DNA of 63,591 bases, filler included, from Cercozoa sp. M6MM (taxonomy: Eukaryota > Protista > Endomyxa: Ascetosporea): assembly GCA_040357565.1 (NCBI GenBank). It is 8 parts of 8 records of this genome, joined end to end, with 100 filler letters (N's around TTAATTAATTAA, not from the genome) between each part and the next. Parts side by side here need not be neighbours in the genome. Positions count along the whole stretch, not along the records: positions 61,068 to 63,591 come from JBDODJ010001749.1; 7 more parts are not named here. One strand, given 5' to 3'. Below, piece by piece: positions 61,889-63,591 of this stretch. Below the pieces are notes generated by a model. That model saw nothing but the letters and a program-made list of their open reading frames with translations. It had not been told where the DNA came from and did not search any database. The stretch's first letter is position 1. Each line of letters starts with the position of its first letter. Both the position numbers and the translations under genes were made by a program.

Positions 61889-63591
61889 ATGCTACCGCTG
61901 TTGTTGAATCTTCTTCCCTGGGCGACGGTCATTGCCGACAAGGCGTGTTTCCGAGAGGTATCGATACCCTGTATACATTTTTAATTTAGTTCGCTTCCTA
62001 AGCCTGGGATGCAACAATGCAAAATATGACTGAACGGAACCTTGACAGAATTTGTCGGGCCTCGCACTACGCGCACTTGAGTGCGTTGATGTCACTGCCG
62101 TTCTGCACGCCGAGCTGAACGTCAACGATCAGGAAAGGTGTGTCAAGGCCGTATGAATCAATGCCTCCGACTAATGGTTTTTGTAAACTTAGAAGTCGCA
62201 CTCGCATGTGTGACGACACCAAGCTGTCTGCAGAGTGGGAAACCTGCAAGTAGGCCTTCCTTCCGACGCATATGCTTACGCTGCATCCCCTTTACCCCCT
62301 ACTCGGTCGTGTTGCAGCGAGGTTGTGACGCAATTCATGGCGAGTCAGGAGGCACAGCAGCAACTGCACGATGCGCACAACTCAACCTGCGTATCTGCCG
62401 AGGATGCCAGTATCGTTGCCAGCACAATGTGCCAGGTATACTAAACACTTTACTCCGATCCTTTGAAATTGAACACCGCACACTCACTGCACAGTACCAC
62501 ACTACGGACGGCTACGCTGCCGCCTTTGAACAGGGTCTGTGCATGCATGACGACATCAATGGGTATGGCTCCATTTCCTGTTACTCGTAGATGTACATAT
62601 TCTTGCACGATAGCGACTACTGCATTGACAACTACGGCGCCTACGTTGGTGGATTTAACAAGTCGTAAATTTACCTTGCTTCCAGTCGGAATGCCATTCT
62701 TTGTCACGAGTTTCTTTTGTACTACCGCACAGAGCTACAGGTCTACTGAAGCTGCGGGACGGTCACTGTCAAGAATGTGCCAAGCAAGGCTACAGCGCCC
62801 AGGCCACGCTGTTTGACACCGACTACGCCTTCCAGACCTGTGTGGTGCAGTCGGTACATTGTGTCCTTCGGCTTCCTTCACGTCGCTCAACTTCCTGTAG
62901 GGCGGGGCGAGACCAAATGCCACAGACGAGATTAGCCACGACTGGCATGCTTTTGTGATGGATCAGCGAAACGTCATTATGTCGGTCTGTGCGCCGTCCG
63001 GGCAGGGTATATGCCATTCACTCTCATTTTCCGTCAGGGTAATTCACTGACAGTATGCCTGGTTTTTCGTGACAGACAAAAATCAGACCTGCGGTTCGGT
63101 GCTAATCGATACCATCGAGGCCAGCTACGAATCCGTGCAGCAGCAAGAGTAAAACTACCTTTGACTCTATCTTTGTCGAGCAATGCCTCCTCACCCCGGT
63201 ACAGGCACGCGGAACTAGCGCAGCAGATGACGGCGCAGACGCAGTGGATCCTCAACATGTGCTCGGACGACTGCAGTGTCGACGTCGTGCGGGTATCTTC
63301 TTCCTCCCCCTGTGACCTACTGAGTGTTCTGTGGATCTACTGCATCATGTACAGGCAGAGAACAAGCTGAACTTTGACCTGCTGTTAGATGCCACGTGCG
63401 AGTGCGCCCAGCAACTGCACGACTGTAACATCACACGCTCACACCGACATTATGGCATGTATGCACACGTGCTATTGTGACAGACGTGCTAAGCAAGGTG
63501 CCTGCCGTGTACGAAGCGATGCAAGAGCCCGACTCGGTGCTGTTGGAGTACGCACCCATCATGAGTGCCAATGGTACCGCCCCCCCCCCCC
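61889..63591 (+). CDS. Secreted Cys-rich hypothetical protein, 3'-truncated
   Basis: MLPLLLNLLPWATVIA signal-like start, then multiple short GT-AG exons with regularly spaced Cys. Confidence 0.55.

Overview
Eukaryotic (protist-like), gene-dense and very intron-rich DNA. The window is not one locus: eight contigs are joined by artificial N-TTAATTAATTAA-N spacers, so neighbourhood is meaningful only within a contig. Spliced by eye with the standard genetic code, the recognisable genes are DUF3228, CCT6 (18 introns), a PLAC8 protein, a compact tandem-RNase III protein, an EFCAB10-like protein, NDUFA9, a diaphanous-type formin, DECR2, a class C GPCR, CENP-S, four adjacent ciliary genes (DNAL1, CEP78-like, TCTEX1D2-like, TMEM216-family), an SPFH protein, TCF25, MAP65/Ase1, a biotin-carrier C-terminus, a coiled-coil protein, tRNA-Val(TAC), a Mutator-like MITE, TSR3, an SDR, CLUAP1, a kinase tail and a PCNA tail. 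Gene content suggests an aerobic organism able to build flagella (inference; the species cannot be determined here). The most interesting signals are four. (1) A helicase/PAZ-less RNase III with one dead and one intact catalytic domain, dsRBD-like segments and a Q/RG tail. (2) Introns filled, mostly on the sense strand, with tandem branch-point-like pentamers plus C-runs (TTTACCCC, TTGACCCC, CTAAT/CTAAC, CTGAC), together with 5' splice sites that mostly lack +5G. (3) A CCGCGCGGAA element at similar spacing upstream of the five core ciliary genes. (4) A class C GPCR with a very long first intracellular loop. All gene calls come from motif recognition, not database searches.
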